64,000 nt of DNA from Pseudovirgaria hyperparasitica. Lineage: Eukaryota. How positions within the stretch are numbered: the first letter of the stretch is position 1; the number at the start of each line of letters is the position of its first letter. Below are positions 13,901 through 27,514 of this stretch, one piece after another. Made by a program: the position numbers and the translations under genes. The DNA lies in assembly GCA_010093815.1 (NCBI GenBank), contig ML996565.1; one strand, written 5' to 3'. Below the pieces are notes generated by a model. That model worked only from the letters and a program-made list of their open reading frames with translations, ran no database searches and was not told where the DNA came from.

Positions 13901-14315
13901 TAACTACCTTAACGGGAAGCGGGTTAGTAAAGTCCGTATATTTCTAGAGGTATACGATACGGAGAGTATCGATATAACTAGTAGTATAGCGGCGCGATTC
14001 CTAGGTGCGTTAGTTAAACTACTTAATAACTTAGGTAGAGGTAATATCGATACCATTAGTAGCCTTATACCATTACGTATAGTGGGTTAAAGGTCTAGTA
14101 ATAAGACTTATACGATGGATAGGTTCCGTGTCTATAAGCTAGAGCATGTTCTACGCCCTATATAGATTATATCACGTCGGTTAGTTATAGATAGTTTATT
14201 CTAGTTAAATACGTATAGTAATTAGGGGATCTATAACGAGGTATATAACCTAGACTTCTAGGCTATGAATAGACGAAACGTGACCGTAGCGTTAAAACAC
14301 GGGCGCGTGTCGTAA
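11000..14315 (+). pseudogene. Plavaka-family (CACTA/En-Spm-like) transposase, RIP-inactivated
   Basis: HRDPLTLVEFLL (about 11817); IIPIILSSDKINLTNYSSNRVAWLVYLSIYNLP (about 11990-12090, family motif SDKTxL...AWPVYLSIGNLP); YIIDFPE*VLITG; APDILY*LYKG (PDxLHQLxKG); NFPKFHALSH. The start is approximate. Confidence 0.88.
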
Positions 14316-17300
14316 GTCTATCGCTATCTACCGCCATCTACCGTAGTATACCGGCATATGCCGGTATATAGCGGAAGTTATAGTTTATACATAGTAGCAC
14401 TCGATAGTCATATCCTATACTAGGATATCTCTAAGGAATAATCGTGGTTTATTACGATCGGTTCTATAAAAGGCTTATATTTAATAACTATCTATAATTT
14501 CAGCTAAGAAGCATCTAGGGATGCACCTCCTTATTATCTAATAATTACTAGCTAGTATAAAAACTCCACGCCTCTAAAAGGGGCATATAGAACTTAAAGG
14601 ATCCTTATTTATAGGTAGAACTAGACGCGGATAGTATTAACCTAATATAGATAGATTATATATATTAATACCCTAAAATCCGAACTATATCTCTAGGCCC
14701 ACTAGATCTAGCTCGTACCCGATTCTAATGTTTTCGTTATTCGCGTTTATACCTTATTAGATGCCGGGCATATAATAAGTCTATGGTTAAGTAAGTATTA
14801 GATACGTAACGAGTCTATTAATGAATAAGTACCGGGTATATAACGAGTCTATATAAATAAGTATAAATAAGTATATACCGGGTATATAACGCTCTTACTA
14901 GGGAAACGTCTTCCTTAAGTATCTCCCCCTTCTAATGTTTCTCCTCCTCTTTCTTTATTCTTTCTCTAGCCTTATAAGTGTAGTTAGACTTATATCGCTG
15001 TATTATCGATATATACGTTCTTATATAGACCGTTAGAAACTACGGTAACTAGATGTACGTTCTTATAATAGATAAATATACTATACTAATACGTTACATT
15101 GTTCGTGTTTAATATAAGGGTTCGCTACTATAATTATTCGTTATTACGCTCGTCTATCTCTTCTTAATAATAGTACTAATCGATAACGACCTATTATAGA
15201 GATGATAGTTAGTATTACGTACTTCTCTTAAATATTCGTATATTAATGTTATATGAGTACATGCTTCGCGGAGGTTCTCTATCCTTCCCTTAAGCTACCT
15301 AGACCATCCCCTAATTGCTAAAAACTCTTATATCTAACTATTTCTACTATTTATTCCTTAGTTCTACTCGTTAGGCTTCGAACAATAGCGAACTACAATA
15401 GGTTAGCGGTTATCTATATTTCGCGTACGCTGAGTTAGTATACCTAAATATAATAGATAATAGTATATTTATAATAGTATATACTAGATCTTATAGTATT
15501 CCTCTTTAGCGGTAGATCCACGTGGTCGTAAAGACGGCCTACTATCCTATCGTGCCTATATACTACGCTACTCTTTTATCGTATATAGATAGTATTACTA
15601 GAGTAGGGCCATCGCCCGGTAAACTTAACATTATATATAGAGTATTATATATTTAACGTCGTTATTTCACGTGCCCTATATTAGTACGGGATCGGATGCC
15701 GGCCGTATGTTTCCCTACCTCCATTAAATTAACGAGTTATTACCAATAACTATACGGACTACTCGCGTTAATATAGCCGTAACGTACATGTTATACCTAC
15801 GCCTATTATATAGTATATATATCTTATCTCTCCATCACCCTAGTAATATATACTATTCCCTATTCCGTCTACCTATAGCTACGTCCGGCTAGCCGCGAAT
15901 AAATAGCCGAGTAGAAGCGAGTCTCGACCTACTTTATATATTTAGAGCGTCCGATAGGTAGAAACTTCGGGTACACATAGAAGAGTTAATTTAGAAGGAA
16001 TTTACTAGCCTATTACTAAACCTACGTAGTAAGGAAGTAAAGGACTACCATATAAAACGAGAGCGTTACCTATAGACGGTCGCGGATAAATATATATTCA
16101 TTAATAGTAGTTATACTATTTCACGGGTAGATGCTATATATTAACTTAATACTATATTCTTAGTATTTACGCGTAACTAGCGGCGGTTAGCTAAATACTA
16201 TTATATACGTTAAAACGATGCCCCGGGCTAGACGAGCTATTATAATGTTATATATACCCCACGAACCCGCCTAATATATCTAGCTAACCTAGTTATTCGA
16301 CCGACGGACTACTAGTATCTATATCTTCTAAGGTAGCCGTGCCGCCGTGTTATATACGTATATCTATAGTCCTTATCCGCGATCGTACTTGGGTCACCCT
16401 AGTACTAATAACGGCTATATAGAATGGCACAACGCCGTTAAATGTTAAGGGTGTAAAAATACACGATATAGTAGGTCTTAGTATAAATAAACTATTAGAA
16501 TTTATTAGCTTATCTATAGATATACTAGGGGACGTAGGCGGTTATAGGTATGGTCGCGTCTATCTAGAGTACCCGATTCTACTAAGCGAGTCGAGTAATA
16601 TAATCCTTTGTAAGGATAGTTTAGACTAGGTATTATAGTAGGCTATTAAATAGTATAGAAGGCCGCTCCTACAGCCCTATATGTATGTGTCCCTAGCTCG
16701 ATTACATGGCTTCATTATATATTTAAGGAGGGCGTTTTCCTTGGTCATTCTACTCAGCGCGCTTCCCCCATCACTAATATTCGACTATTCGACCTTTCCT
16801 TACGTTCATAGGCCTCTATAGGTATTAATTATTAGGCTTAGCTATTAAAGAATTAATTAAGAGTATTATATAGACCCGTCCTATTATAAAAGAGAACTAA
16901 TAAGAAGTCGTGCGTTCAAAGAGAACTTATAATACCTAGGAGAGATACTTATGAGTTCGTCGCGACTACTATACTAGGAATATAGCTATTTATAAAAGGG
17001 ATACACGTAGCGATAGCTTACTATAATTTTAGAGGTCGTACCCGGACTATAAACTTATAGGGGGAGATTAGAACTCCGAAACTAGCTTAGGGGAAGTATA
17101 TAACGTGCCTAATAAGGTAGTCTAGACTTACTAGATTAAAGCTATAAGTCTAGAAAATAGGGAGTCCGGAGTCGCTAGAGGCTAGCCTCTTAAAAGTAGC
17201 TATAAAAAGTATATATATACTAACACGGGTAATAGCGCGACTCGAAAATATCTTAGGGGAATAGAATATAAAATAGAGCTAGATGAAGTAGCAAAGAAGA

Positions 17301-17399
17301 GTTCAAAAACGACAAATATAACCTATTTAGTACTACTATAGCTGTTATTTATAAACACGGCTACACGAGTATACTACTTTAGGAACGCCTTACACGAAG

Positions 17400-20300
17400 A
17401 TAATAATATAAGTAGAATACCGTGAACCTTATATCGATAAAGACGATAGTAATAGTTTATCTTATAAAGGGATTAGTTAATATAGAGAAGGGATAATAGG
17501 TGTTATAGGTAGACGCATTAGGCCAACCTTTAGTTAAGGTAATCCCTTAACTAATAACCTTACCCCTAGCGTCTCTACTAGCACATCTACTACTAGTAAT
17601 AGTATAATAGAAGCTTAAAATAACGACCTAGTAACTCGTAGAGAGATGCTTAACTTCTTCGTAGCATTTACGCGATAAGAAAGGATGGTACCTCTATCTA
17701 CCCTAGCCCCTAAGCGCTTTAAAGGAATAAATATTACGGCCTTCCTTCGGAAGTACGAGGACATATATATAAACTATAAAGTTCCGCCTAATAAGAAGAT
17801 AACCTCCCTACCGTTATACTACGAGGACTATCTCCGTCCTACTATTAAAGGAATAAGTAGGTTTTAGAAATAGTAGTAGGCCACGCTACATAAAGAATTA
17901 TTAAAGGAATTCTCTCTATTTAACTCTACCCTCAAGGAAGGTACTATCCACTTTATCCGAAAATACGTGGAAATAGTTAAAGTAGACCCATTCTACTCTC
18001 TCCCTATATACTACTCCTAGTATTATATTATCATAGAGAAACTTATAGCTAAAGGAAGCCTAAGCTCGTATTCGCGAATAGAGCTCTTCCTAGAAGGGCT
18101 GCCTAATAGTCTTAAGGCTCGGGCTATAGAGAAATGTTAACTCACGATAGAAGCACATAGTTATAACTAGGTAATTATCTATGGCTTTATATTATAAAAG
18201 GCTAGAGTACTTAAGGAACTAGCTTATATTAATAAGCACTTAGCCGTATAAGAGCTAGCCATAGCTATATACTATAAATTAAAGATAGAGAGTAAGAAGA
18301 CCGGCTTAGAAGAGTAGTTACATGAAGAAAGAAGAACTAATAAATTTAACCACCCCTCTCTAGTCGTAGTACACGTCGCGCTAGAATCGGATAAGTTTAA
18401 TGAGATAGTAGAGAGATTTAGTAAACTAGACCTTACGTTAATTAAGATGAAGTCCTACTTTATCTCTAATCCCTTATTTCTATCCCTTAAGAAGTATAAA
18501 CCTAAGCTACTTTCGGCTATTATTAACTAGTAGGCGCGAAGGCTAAATCTTTTAGTATATCTCTAAGTACGAGGCATACCTATAGAACTAACGTAAGTTT
18601 ATCCATAGAATTATATATAGAATAGAGAATACGTCTCTACCCGAGACTCCTAAGAAGGCGTTATAGCCTAGAATAGGCCTCGAAGACCGATTATATATAT
18701 CACGTATAGAGAAGATCACCTAATATATAGATATCCGGAGATAGTAGAATATATTAGAGACGGATTACTAAATATTAACGGGGTATAAGTATTCTAAGGG
18801 CGTTTCGGGGCGAACGGAGAAGAAATCCTATTACTACCCTCCTCGGTAGGGCTATAAGCTACTCTATAAGCTATCTAGAACTATATAGTAATAGTTTAAA
18901 ACGGTCTAAGCTAGTACGGAGGAGGAGTAAAGGTTTCTATATCTATAGTAAATATTAATACTTTATAGGGAGTGCCGGTATATAGTATTAGTATAAAACC
19001 TACGAAGGGTCCCTACTAGGTCTTAGTAGATAGTAATTTAGAAGAAGAAGTTATATTATCCGAGAGTAAGAAAGATAGATATATAGAATTCTACGAACGC
19101 TTCGACGTAGCTAGTAATAGATATATCTATAAGGAGATAGCCCTAGAAGAGCCTACTATACTTATAATATCTAGAAGGGGGATTACGAAGAGTATACCTA
19201 ATCGTACTAAGGAAAGAAAGATCGTCCGTCTCCGCGGAATACGTAAAGGGTAGTATATAAGAATTATTAAGGAATAGAAGGATAGTAAGAAGAGTAGCGA
19301 CTAGAGAACGTCTAAATAAGAGCTAATAGCGCTAGAGGATAAGATAGATAAAGGGGATAGCCTAAATCCTAGTTAAAAGGTATATATCTAAGGTATTAAG
19401 CTTAATAACTATCTACGCGAAGGATAGCGGCTAAGTATAGAAGCTAGCGAAGTATAGCTAGTGCGCGTTCTAGGGATAACTATAAATATTACTATTAGTA
19501 AACTATTAAGCCTTAATAGTAACTTATATCGTACGGTATTCGAGAAGGGCGCCCCCGACTTTATAGCTAGAGAGGTCTATAAGACTTAAGAAGAGAGAGC
19601 TAAGAAGAAAGGAAGAAATAACTATACTATGGCTCCCGAGATAAATAAACTTAATATATTAGCACCCCTCTATACTATAGGGACGGCTATCACGTAATAA
19701 GATATTAATTAGCTTAAGGAAGGGATAGTAAGGCTAGTAGCCGAGTATCTAAGGTACCCTATAGAAGTTAGTTCTAAAAGGGCGACTAGTATAGTACTAT
19801 TTAATAGTAGCGCATAGGTAAATAGTATTTAACTAGATACTACGAGGCGTCTCGGGCTAGCGATATCTTCGCTTCTACTATATATAAAGAACTCGAGTTT
19901 AGTTAGCGCTACTTAGTATAGCACTCTATTCGTAGGAATAGTATAGTAATACTCTATCCGTATAGGTCGGATCGTTATAGCTACTTCGATATTTATATAT
20001 AGTAAACTTAATTATAACCTTATCCTAGGGGAGCCATATACTAGATAGACCTTACTTACGGTATAGAGGTTAGCCTCCGGGTAAGTACTCTTAATAGTCT
20101 ACTCCGTATATAGATAAGAATATATAACCTTTAAAACTAGTCCGGATAAGTATATTCTAGTCTTAGAGAAGGAGGGTAACTCCGTGGCTAGAGACTAACT
20201 ATATAGCGGAGTATATCGCCGGAAGCCGGAGTTAAGCCGGATTATTAGTTAAGGGCTACCCTTAACTAATAATCTATACTAAATAGAGTCTAGTAAACCT

Positions 20301-23300
20301 ACTAATAAAGGGGATAGGCTATATTTTTATACGGATATAGAAATAAGTTATATAGAGTTACTTTCCGAGAAAATCCGGCCTAAAAATATTACTTAGTTAT
20401 TAAGAAAAGATGACTTAGCCGCCCTAGTTACGGTAGTAAGGTACGCTACCTTTATATATAAATAAGGCACGATAATAGAATAGCTTATAGTAGACTCTAC
20501 TAGCCTCTAAAGACGGTATTTATCCAGGGTATTAAAGGGATTTAGTATAGCTACTATATATAAAAGAAAGGGAGTTAAAGTACACCCTATAGATAACTCC
20601 GAAGCCTACTAAAAGGTTTCTAGGAATCTATTAGGGTATCTAGACTAGCGTGAACGAGTAATCGCATAGTAGGTACTTCTTCTAGCCGTCTACCTAGGCC
20701 TTAACGCGTTTAATAGGCTAATAGAGCCTCGAAAAGTAACTATCCCGCTAGAAATACGTCTAACGCCTCTATATATAAGTTAGCTAAAGATTAGAATAGA
20801 GCTACGTCCCACGGAACTTAAGTTACTATATATAATCTTATTATATCGCGAGGAAGCACTAGTATAGGAATTCTTATACCTTAGTAAATTTAATAAAGAG
20901 GTAGTACCTCCGTAGGAGATCCGAACGGTAGAATATAAGGTATAGTAGGCTAAGAACTTTAATATTCCTAGAGCCCTTTATAGAAAGGTACTTATAATTC
21001 TAAAAGAGCGTCTTAATAGTAGAAGGCTCGAGCCCTATAGTAGTCCTTATCGAAACGCCTATTTTCTTATAGAAAAGAAGAAGGAAGCTAATAAGGAACG
21101 AGATTATAGGTTAATTAATTCGGCGATAGAAATTAACTAAGTTACTATTCGTAATACGGCCACGCCGCCCTCGTATAAAGAGTTCTCGGAGTACTTTATA
21201 GGGATAGCCGTCTTAATATTTACTAACTTCTTCTTAGAATATAATTAGATTCTATTAGTAGAGTATTACCGAGACTTAACGGGGTTTATAACACCCCTAG
21301 AATTACTACGTAGGATAATATTACCTTAAGGGGCTACTAATTTAGTAGCTTAGTTTATTAGAATTATATTAACTATTATATAAGAATATATCCCGGAGAG
21401 GGCTCTACTATTCCTAGATAACTTAGGTATTAAAGGACCTACGACGAAATATAACTCTAAGGAGGCCCTACCTAGAATTTATAGATATATCCTAGAATAT
21501 TTAATTAACGTAGATAAGGTTCTCGCGGATATAGAGCGCGCTAGATATGCCCTAAGTAGTAAGAAGACTTAGTAGTATATTAAAGCTACTAATATTATAG
21601 AATACGTCTATAATATTAAAGGGAGGCGACCGAGTAATAAAAAGGTTACTACTATTAGGGACTAGAAACCCTATAAAAACACGACGAATATACGAGCCTT
21701 CCTTAGCGTTTATATATATTTCCGGATATAGATCCCTAGGTACGCTATTATTATATCGCCGCTATTTATACTATTAAAGAATAAATCGGCCTAGTAGTAG
21801 ATAGCTAAGAAGTAGACCTCGATAGACGCGCTAAAGATAGCTCTAACTACTACTCCCGTACTAATAACGTTACGGTACGGGATAGATACGGGAGATATAA
21901 TTCTAGTAGTAGACTCTAGTAACGTTAGGTAGGGAGCTACGTTAATATAGGAGAACGAGAATCGTAAATATTAGCTATCGCGGTATAATAGAGGAATATA
22001 GTTAAAAGCTAAGAGAAACTACGACACCGTGAAGCTAGAGTACCGAGCCCTCCTCTACGCGTTATAGAAGTTCCGGTAATACCTCTATAGCACGTACTTT
22101 ATTATAGAAATAGACGCGAATACTCTAGTCGCTTAAATTAACCATACCGTAACTAACTTACTAGGGGCGCTTATTACCAGGTGGCTCGCGTGGATTTAGC
22201 TATAGAACTTTATAGTTAGGTACGTACCTAGGAAGCGTAACGTAGTCGCCAACGGTATCTCACGGATATATAAAGGAGAAGAACCACTAGACGTCTCTAC
22301 CTTTAACCTAGACGAGTTCGTGGATATGGCTCTATATATAGACGTACTAGAGACGTCGTTAATTAAGCCCGTTAGCGGGAGAGATTATATAATAGGGATA
22401 CTCGACTATACCGCCATTAAGTCTCCCTTAATAGATAAATATAGCGATAAATAGTAGAGGATTACGAAGTACCTTACTATACTTAAGAGGCTAACTAACC
22501 TAACCGACCGAGCGTATAAGGCCTTTATAACCGACTACCTAAAGTTCCTCGTGTATAACCGAATACTCTAGCGGAGAGGAGATAGGTATTACTAATATAC
22601 ACGAGTGATTAAGGATCTAAATACTAGGGCGTATATAATTACCGCTACTTACGATAAGATAGATTATAGAGGTAGCGAAGGGACCCTCGGAAGGATTAAG
22701 GATAAGTATTAGTAGATAGGTATACGTAGAGACGTGCGATAGTATATAAAAACCTATAATAAATATTAATAACGAAGTAAACTCCTCGGAGATCTTAATA
22801 AAGGGCTCTACTACGTTATAACGTCTATTCTTTAGTAAAGAATATACTTAGATGTAATAACGCTACTACCTTCTATAGAGTATAGTAAAGTGGTATCTAT
22901 ACGAGAATAGCTAAGCGGATAGACTAAGGCGGAGGCATGTACGGCGGCCACGTCTATAGTTATTATAAAGTTCCTCTTTAAGAACGTAATCTATAGATAT
23001 AGAATTATTTCTAAAATTACCTATAACGGTAGTAGAGAAAATATAGGTGCCATAGAGGAGCTCCTCCGACTCTATGGAATTTATTAGAAGGTTATGTCTA
23101 TATATAATCCCTAAGTAAATAGAATTATTAAGAGAAGTTTTATACTACTTACTAATACTCTCGCGAAGATAACTAATAGCGGATTCAAGAACTAGCGCGG
23201 CTACCTCCATACGGTCGTCTAGGTAGATAGAATAATAATACGTGCTAGCATAGGGTATAGTACTATATATCTCATGCTCGGCCATAAACTAATCATACCT

Positions 23301-23909
23301 ATTAAAGTCGAATTCGAGTCGCTCTAAATACTCCCTTAGGACGAGGTACGATTAACGTCCGACTTACTTACTCTTTAAGCTAGATAACTTAAGAGAAGAT
23401 CCGAGGATCTTAAGGAGGCCTATACCTACGCGATATAAACGCGTAAGAAATTAAGAGAGGTATAGAATAACGACTATTACCTTCATTAAGAGTCGTTACT
23501 AGTTAATACGATTATCCTTCTATACGACTCGTAGTAATAGAAGAATATAGGGCGGAAGCTAAGATAGTATTAGAGGGGGCTATATAGAATCCAGTCCGTG
23601 TTTAATTATACTTATAAGCTTACGGAGCTTAATAGAGCCATACTTAGAGGGACGTTTCCTAGCTATAAGTTAAAGAAATATTTTATAAGAAATATAAGTA
23701 ATAAGAGTTATAACGAGCCCTCACGACTACTAATTAGAAGAATTACCAAGGAAAATAAGGAGAGTAGTAATAAGGAAAACTATTATAAATAACTTACGGA
23801 ATACCTCGACGACGCCACACGAACCCAGGTAGAAGTGGTAATTCCTACTCTATAAGACTTTAATAGAGAAGAATATTTACGTTTCCCTAGAATTAACATC
23901 TCCTTCTAG
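17400..23909 (+). pseudogene. A1 single-frame gag-pol (PR-RT-RH-IN)
   Basis: Gag piece (17685), protease LFNSSA (=DSG, about 19797), RT FLDNLGI (=FLDD, 21411) and the 23598 ORF are in one frame. Also RNase H LVVDSS (about 21903), integrase HHCC (about 22650-22770) and a GPY-like motif (about 23577). The start is approximate. Confidence 0.92.
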
Positions 23910-24580
23910 AGGATAGAAGTTTTTTTAAGGAGGGAAGGGATACTTATAAAAGTAGTCTTATAACGATAAACTCCATTATCGAAAAAGGACGATGAACTCC
24001 ATTATCGAAAGAGGATAATAAACCCTATCATTACTATAAAATGATAAAACTTATTATTAAAGTAGACAATGCTCGAAAGAAGACATAATGGCGTTTACGC
24101 GAATTCTACCTACCATATATTAAAGCCGGTCGTGTAATCAAAGCCTACCTATTAAAGGCCTATTTCGTTACTATAGAACGGGCCCTATTAGAAACTAATA
24201 AGGAAGAAAAGAAGGAGAAGGTATAGGAGAAAAAGATACTTATAGGAAGTCTTATAAGGATAAGAATATACCCGGTATCTATTCATTTATAGATTCCGCT
24301 ATATACCCGGTAGACACATTCATTTATAATATACCTAGTATATATTTATTCATAAATTCGACACGTATACGGGCCTACGGCCGTTAGTAAGGATTATTCA
24401 TAAAAATTACTATATACCCGGCATTCGAGAAGGCATAAAAAGAGAACTTAAGATAGTATATAACTCTTCCCTCTTACACCTCTCTATACCTCCTTAATTA
24501 ATAAAACCTCCTCCTCTACTTCCGCCTCGCTTAACTACCTCTTCTTAGAATATAACTCGCCGATAGAACCGATAATAATA

Positions 24581-27514
24581 ATAGCCCCGCCGAAAAAGAA
24601 AACGCCTACCTATAAAGAGTTATAAGATCGTTAAGTACTAATAAGATAGATACGGTCCTAGTTAAGAGTCGTAAGTACTAAAGTAGAGCTATTAACGGCT
24701 ATCGTGGTATTAAGGCCATCTACTACTCTATACGGATAGGCTATAGAAGCTACGGAAGTAAATAAGTCTACTATTAACCGAATTATCGCTATCTAGGACC
24801 CGTAAGAGTAATAGAACTATATTCTAGACACGTTTAATAATCTCCTTCACATTACTAGCCTCGTAGAATAGCTCTTAAGTAGTATAGTTAACCTCTTCTA
24901 GGAAGTAGGAGCCGTAATAGGGTATAGTAAGGTAAAGATTAACTCCTCCATTCCGAAAGAAGTCTATAAGATAATTTATCGTGGAAGAGATACTAACTCC
25001 CGTATCCTAAAAGCTAAAAATACGATCCTATAAAACTAGCGAAAAGACCTCTCTAATAATAATAGCTAGTTACTCTAATCCGCCCTCGGATAGCTCTAGT
25101 AAATATAGAACTTTATAGAAAAGCTAGTAGCGCTCTTATAAATATAGACATGGGCGAGAGCGAGGAACTAGTTAAACGTATCCCTATAGTCCCGAATCGG
25201 CTAGGGATAGAAGAGAAGAGGAATTAAGGTATATCTTTAGAGCTCTAATATTAATACCGCCCTAGCTAGTAATAGTAATGAGGACGGTCTATCTCTCTAG
25301 TAACTCTCGAACTACCCTAGCCGATAAAATAAACTAACGTTCTATAATAAGATAGGACTTATTATCCCCGCTAGTTAATAGTTACGGATAAGTAGAATAG
25401 TTTATAGGCCTATCGAATACTACCTATAAATTGAAGAGATAAGTATATCGCCTCCGCCTTAGACCTTACCGTCACTAAAACTAGTATAGGTAACGCCTAT
25501 GGTAAAGTCCCCTCTATAAAGCACGCCTTCTAGTTTAGTAGCACGTCGTCTCTTTAAAGCTAGTCATCCGTTTAAAGTAAGTATTCCTCCTACTACTACT
25601 AGTATACGTCTCTTACTAGGCTATACGAGAACCTCTTTAGTACCTATTACGGCCACGCCGATAAAACCCACTCGCGGACGTACCTTATCTACCGGCCCTT
25701 AGTAATTACTAGGGGCGCCTATACGATAATCCCCGGTTATTCTTAGTTCGCACCCTAAGATAATAGTATCGGTTAAGAAAGAGGACGAGCCTAAGAAGTA
25801 TTAATACGCGCCTTTAGTAACGAAGACTTTTAAGGTAGCTATATTATTAAAGAAGAATTTCACGAGCATTAAGGGAATGGCCCTACTAGTACGCTAGAAA
25901 GCGTAGATAGGTAACATAGCTATTCCGTATAAAGTCTACTATAAGCATTACTAAGACGTGGCTAGAAAGAATAATATACTCGTTAGCGTGTTCTACTTAA
26001 ACCTAGTAGCGAGACTTAAAATAGTATATAAGTTTAGAGATAATGTGGGGGCCCTTAAAGTTTATAAGGACTACTATATCTAGTTCGCGAAGTACGCGCG
26101 GCTACCTTATCCAATAGAGGTATTAGGTATCTATTATTACTAGGCCCTAGAGACCCCGAAGCAAGTTATTAATATTAAAACTATCCTTACTAGTATCGCA
26201 TTTATAATTTAGAAGAAGGATAGTAGGATAGGTAGATAACTCTTCGATAAGTAGGAACGTACTAGAAGTATTAATATTAAAGGGCTCTTCGAGCTACTTA
26301 AAAAGACAACCTCTATACTTAATAAGAGTATCCTAGAACTCGCGAGGGATGAATTTAATATATATAAGTACTACTAGCGCATGTTTAATAAGAAATCGAA
26401 CTACGGCTAGCTACGAACTATATACCACTCCTATATCTAATAGTTTATTAGGTAATACCTACTTTACTAGCTTATCTATATTACTCTTCGGCCCGATCTT
26501 AACTACTATCTAATCTTATACCCGTACTATACGAAGTCCTAGGATAGAGGCGATAAGACGGGTTTTAAGTATCTCGATAACGCCATTAATCGAATCCTCG
26601 ATCCTAGTAATAGACACGGGTTTAATATAATCTAGGGGAGTATTAGTCTCGACGACGAACGAAGTAACGACTATACTATAATCATTCCCCGCTTCTATAA
26701 GTTCTTAAACGAATAGTAGTTAAAGACTAAGCTCCGCGAGAGGGTCAATTAAAATAGTATAATTATAGCTATTAACGATAAGATCTATAATACGGACGAT
26801 AAGAAACGATTTAGTCCCTTTGTTCTAGTCCTCTACCAGTCCCTTAAAGTACGTATCTCTAGCCTACTAATAATATACGGCGCCTAGGGTCCCGTAAAGG
26901 GTGGAAGACGCACGATACTTCTATAGTATATCGCGATTAGCCCTAATTACATAATAATAGAAGTACCTAAAATAGGCATATAGGAATAACTCGTAGTAGC
27001 TTATAGGAATTTAACTCCGGGACCTACGTCTCTATCGGGATTTTCTAATAAATATAGCGCGATTTCTTTTGCCTTCCTAGCCGTAGTTTAACTCCTGAGT
27101 TTTAACGCCGTTAGTAACGTATTAGTTAGCCGTAAAAGATAGGATAGCTAGAAGATAAAAGAAGAGGTAGCTACATAGCTTAACGTAAGTCCTTAATAAC
27201 TTAAAGCTAAGGTAAACGCCTGGTTTAAGGAGGGCTCGAGGGTATTTATAGAGACCTTTAAGAAAATAGTAAGGTAGAAAAGGCTAGTCTATAGGGATAG
27301 GTCGTTCTAGAAGGAATTTAATAAGGCGCGCGCCGCTAAGCGGCTAATTAATTTTAAGAAATTTAAGTCTAACGCGGGCCTAGATAACATTAAAGAGAAC
27401 TTCTATAGATAGAAGAGGCCTAACGAACTATCCGACGAGGAGGAATCTAACCTCTCTAAGATAAGCGACACGATTCTTTAGGAGCTGGCTCGCGACCTCG
27501 AGTACTAAGATTAG
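24581..27514 (+). pseudogene. A1 extra ORF (about 975 aa) with a PhyH-like 2OG-Fe(II) dioxygenase domain
   Basis: A2 keeps ATG GCC CCG CCG AAA. In one frame: YPYY...GFK(Y/H)LD (HxD, 26570-26578), *GSISLDDE...(C)TIIIPRF(H), ISSPLII(H)GA (26876; CAC retained in A2), GGRRTIL(P)(W)Y. Confidence 0.75.

Noticed and set aside
20160..20275. Programmed -1 frameshift site before pol
   Set aside because: No canonical slippery heptamer, and protease and RT anchors are in the same frame.
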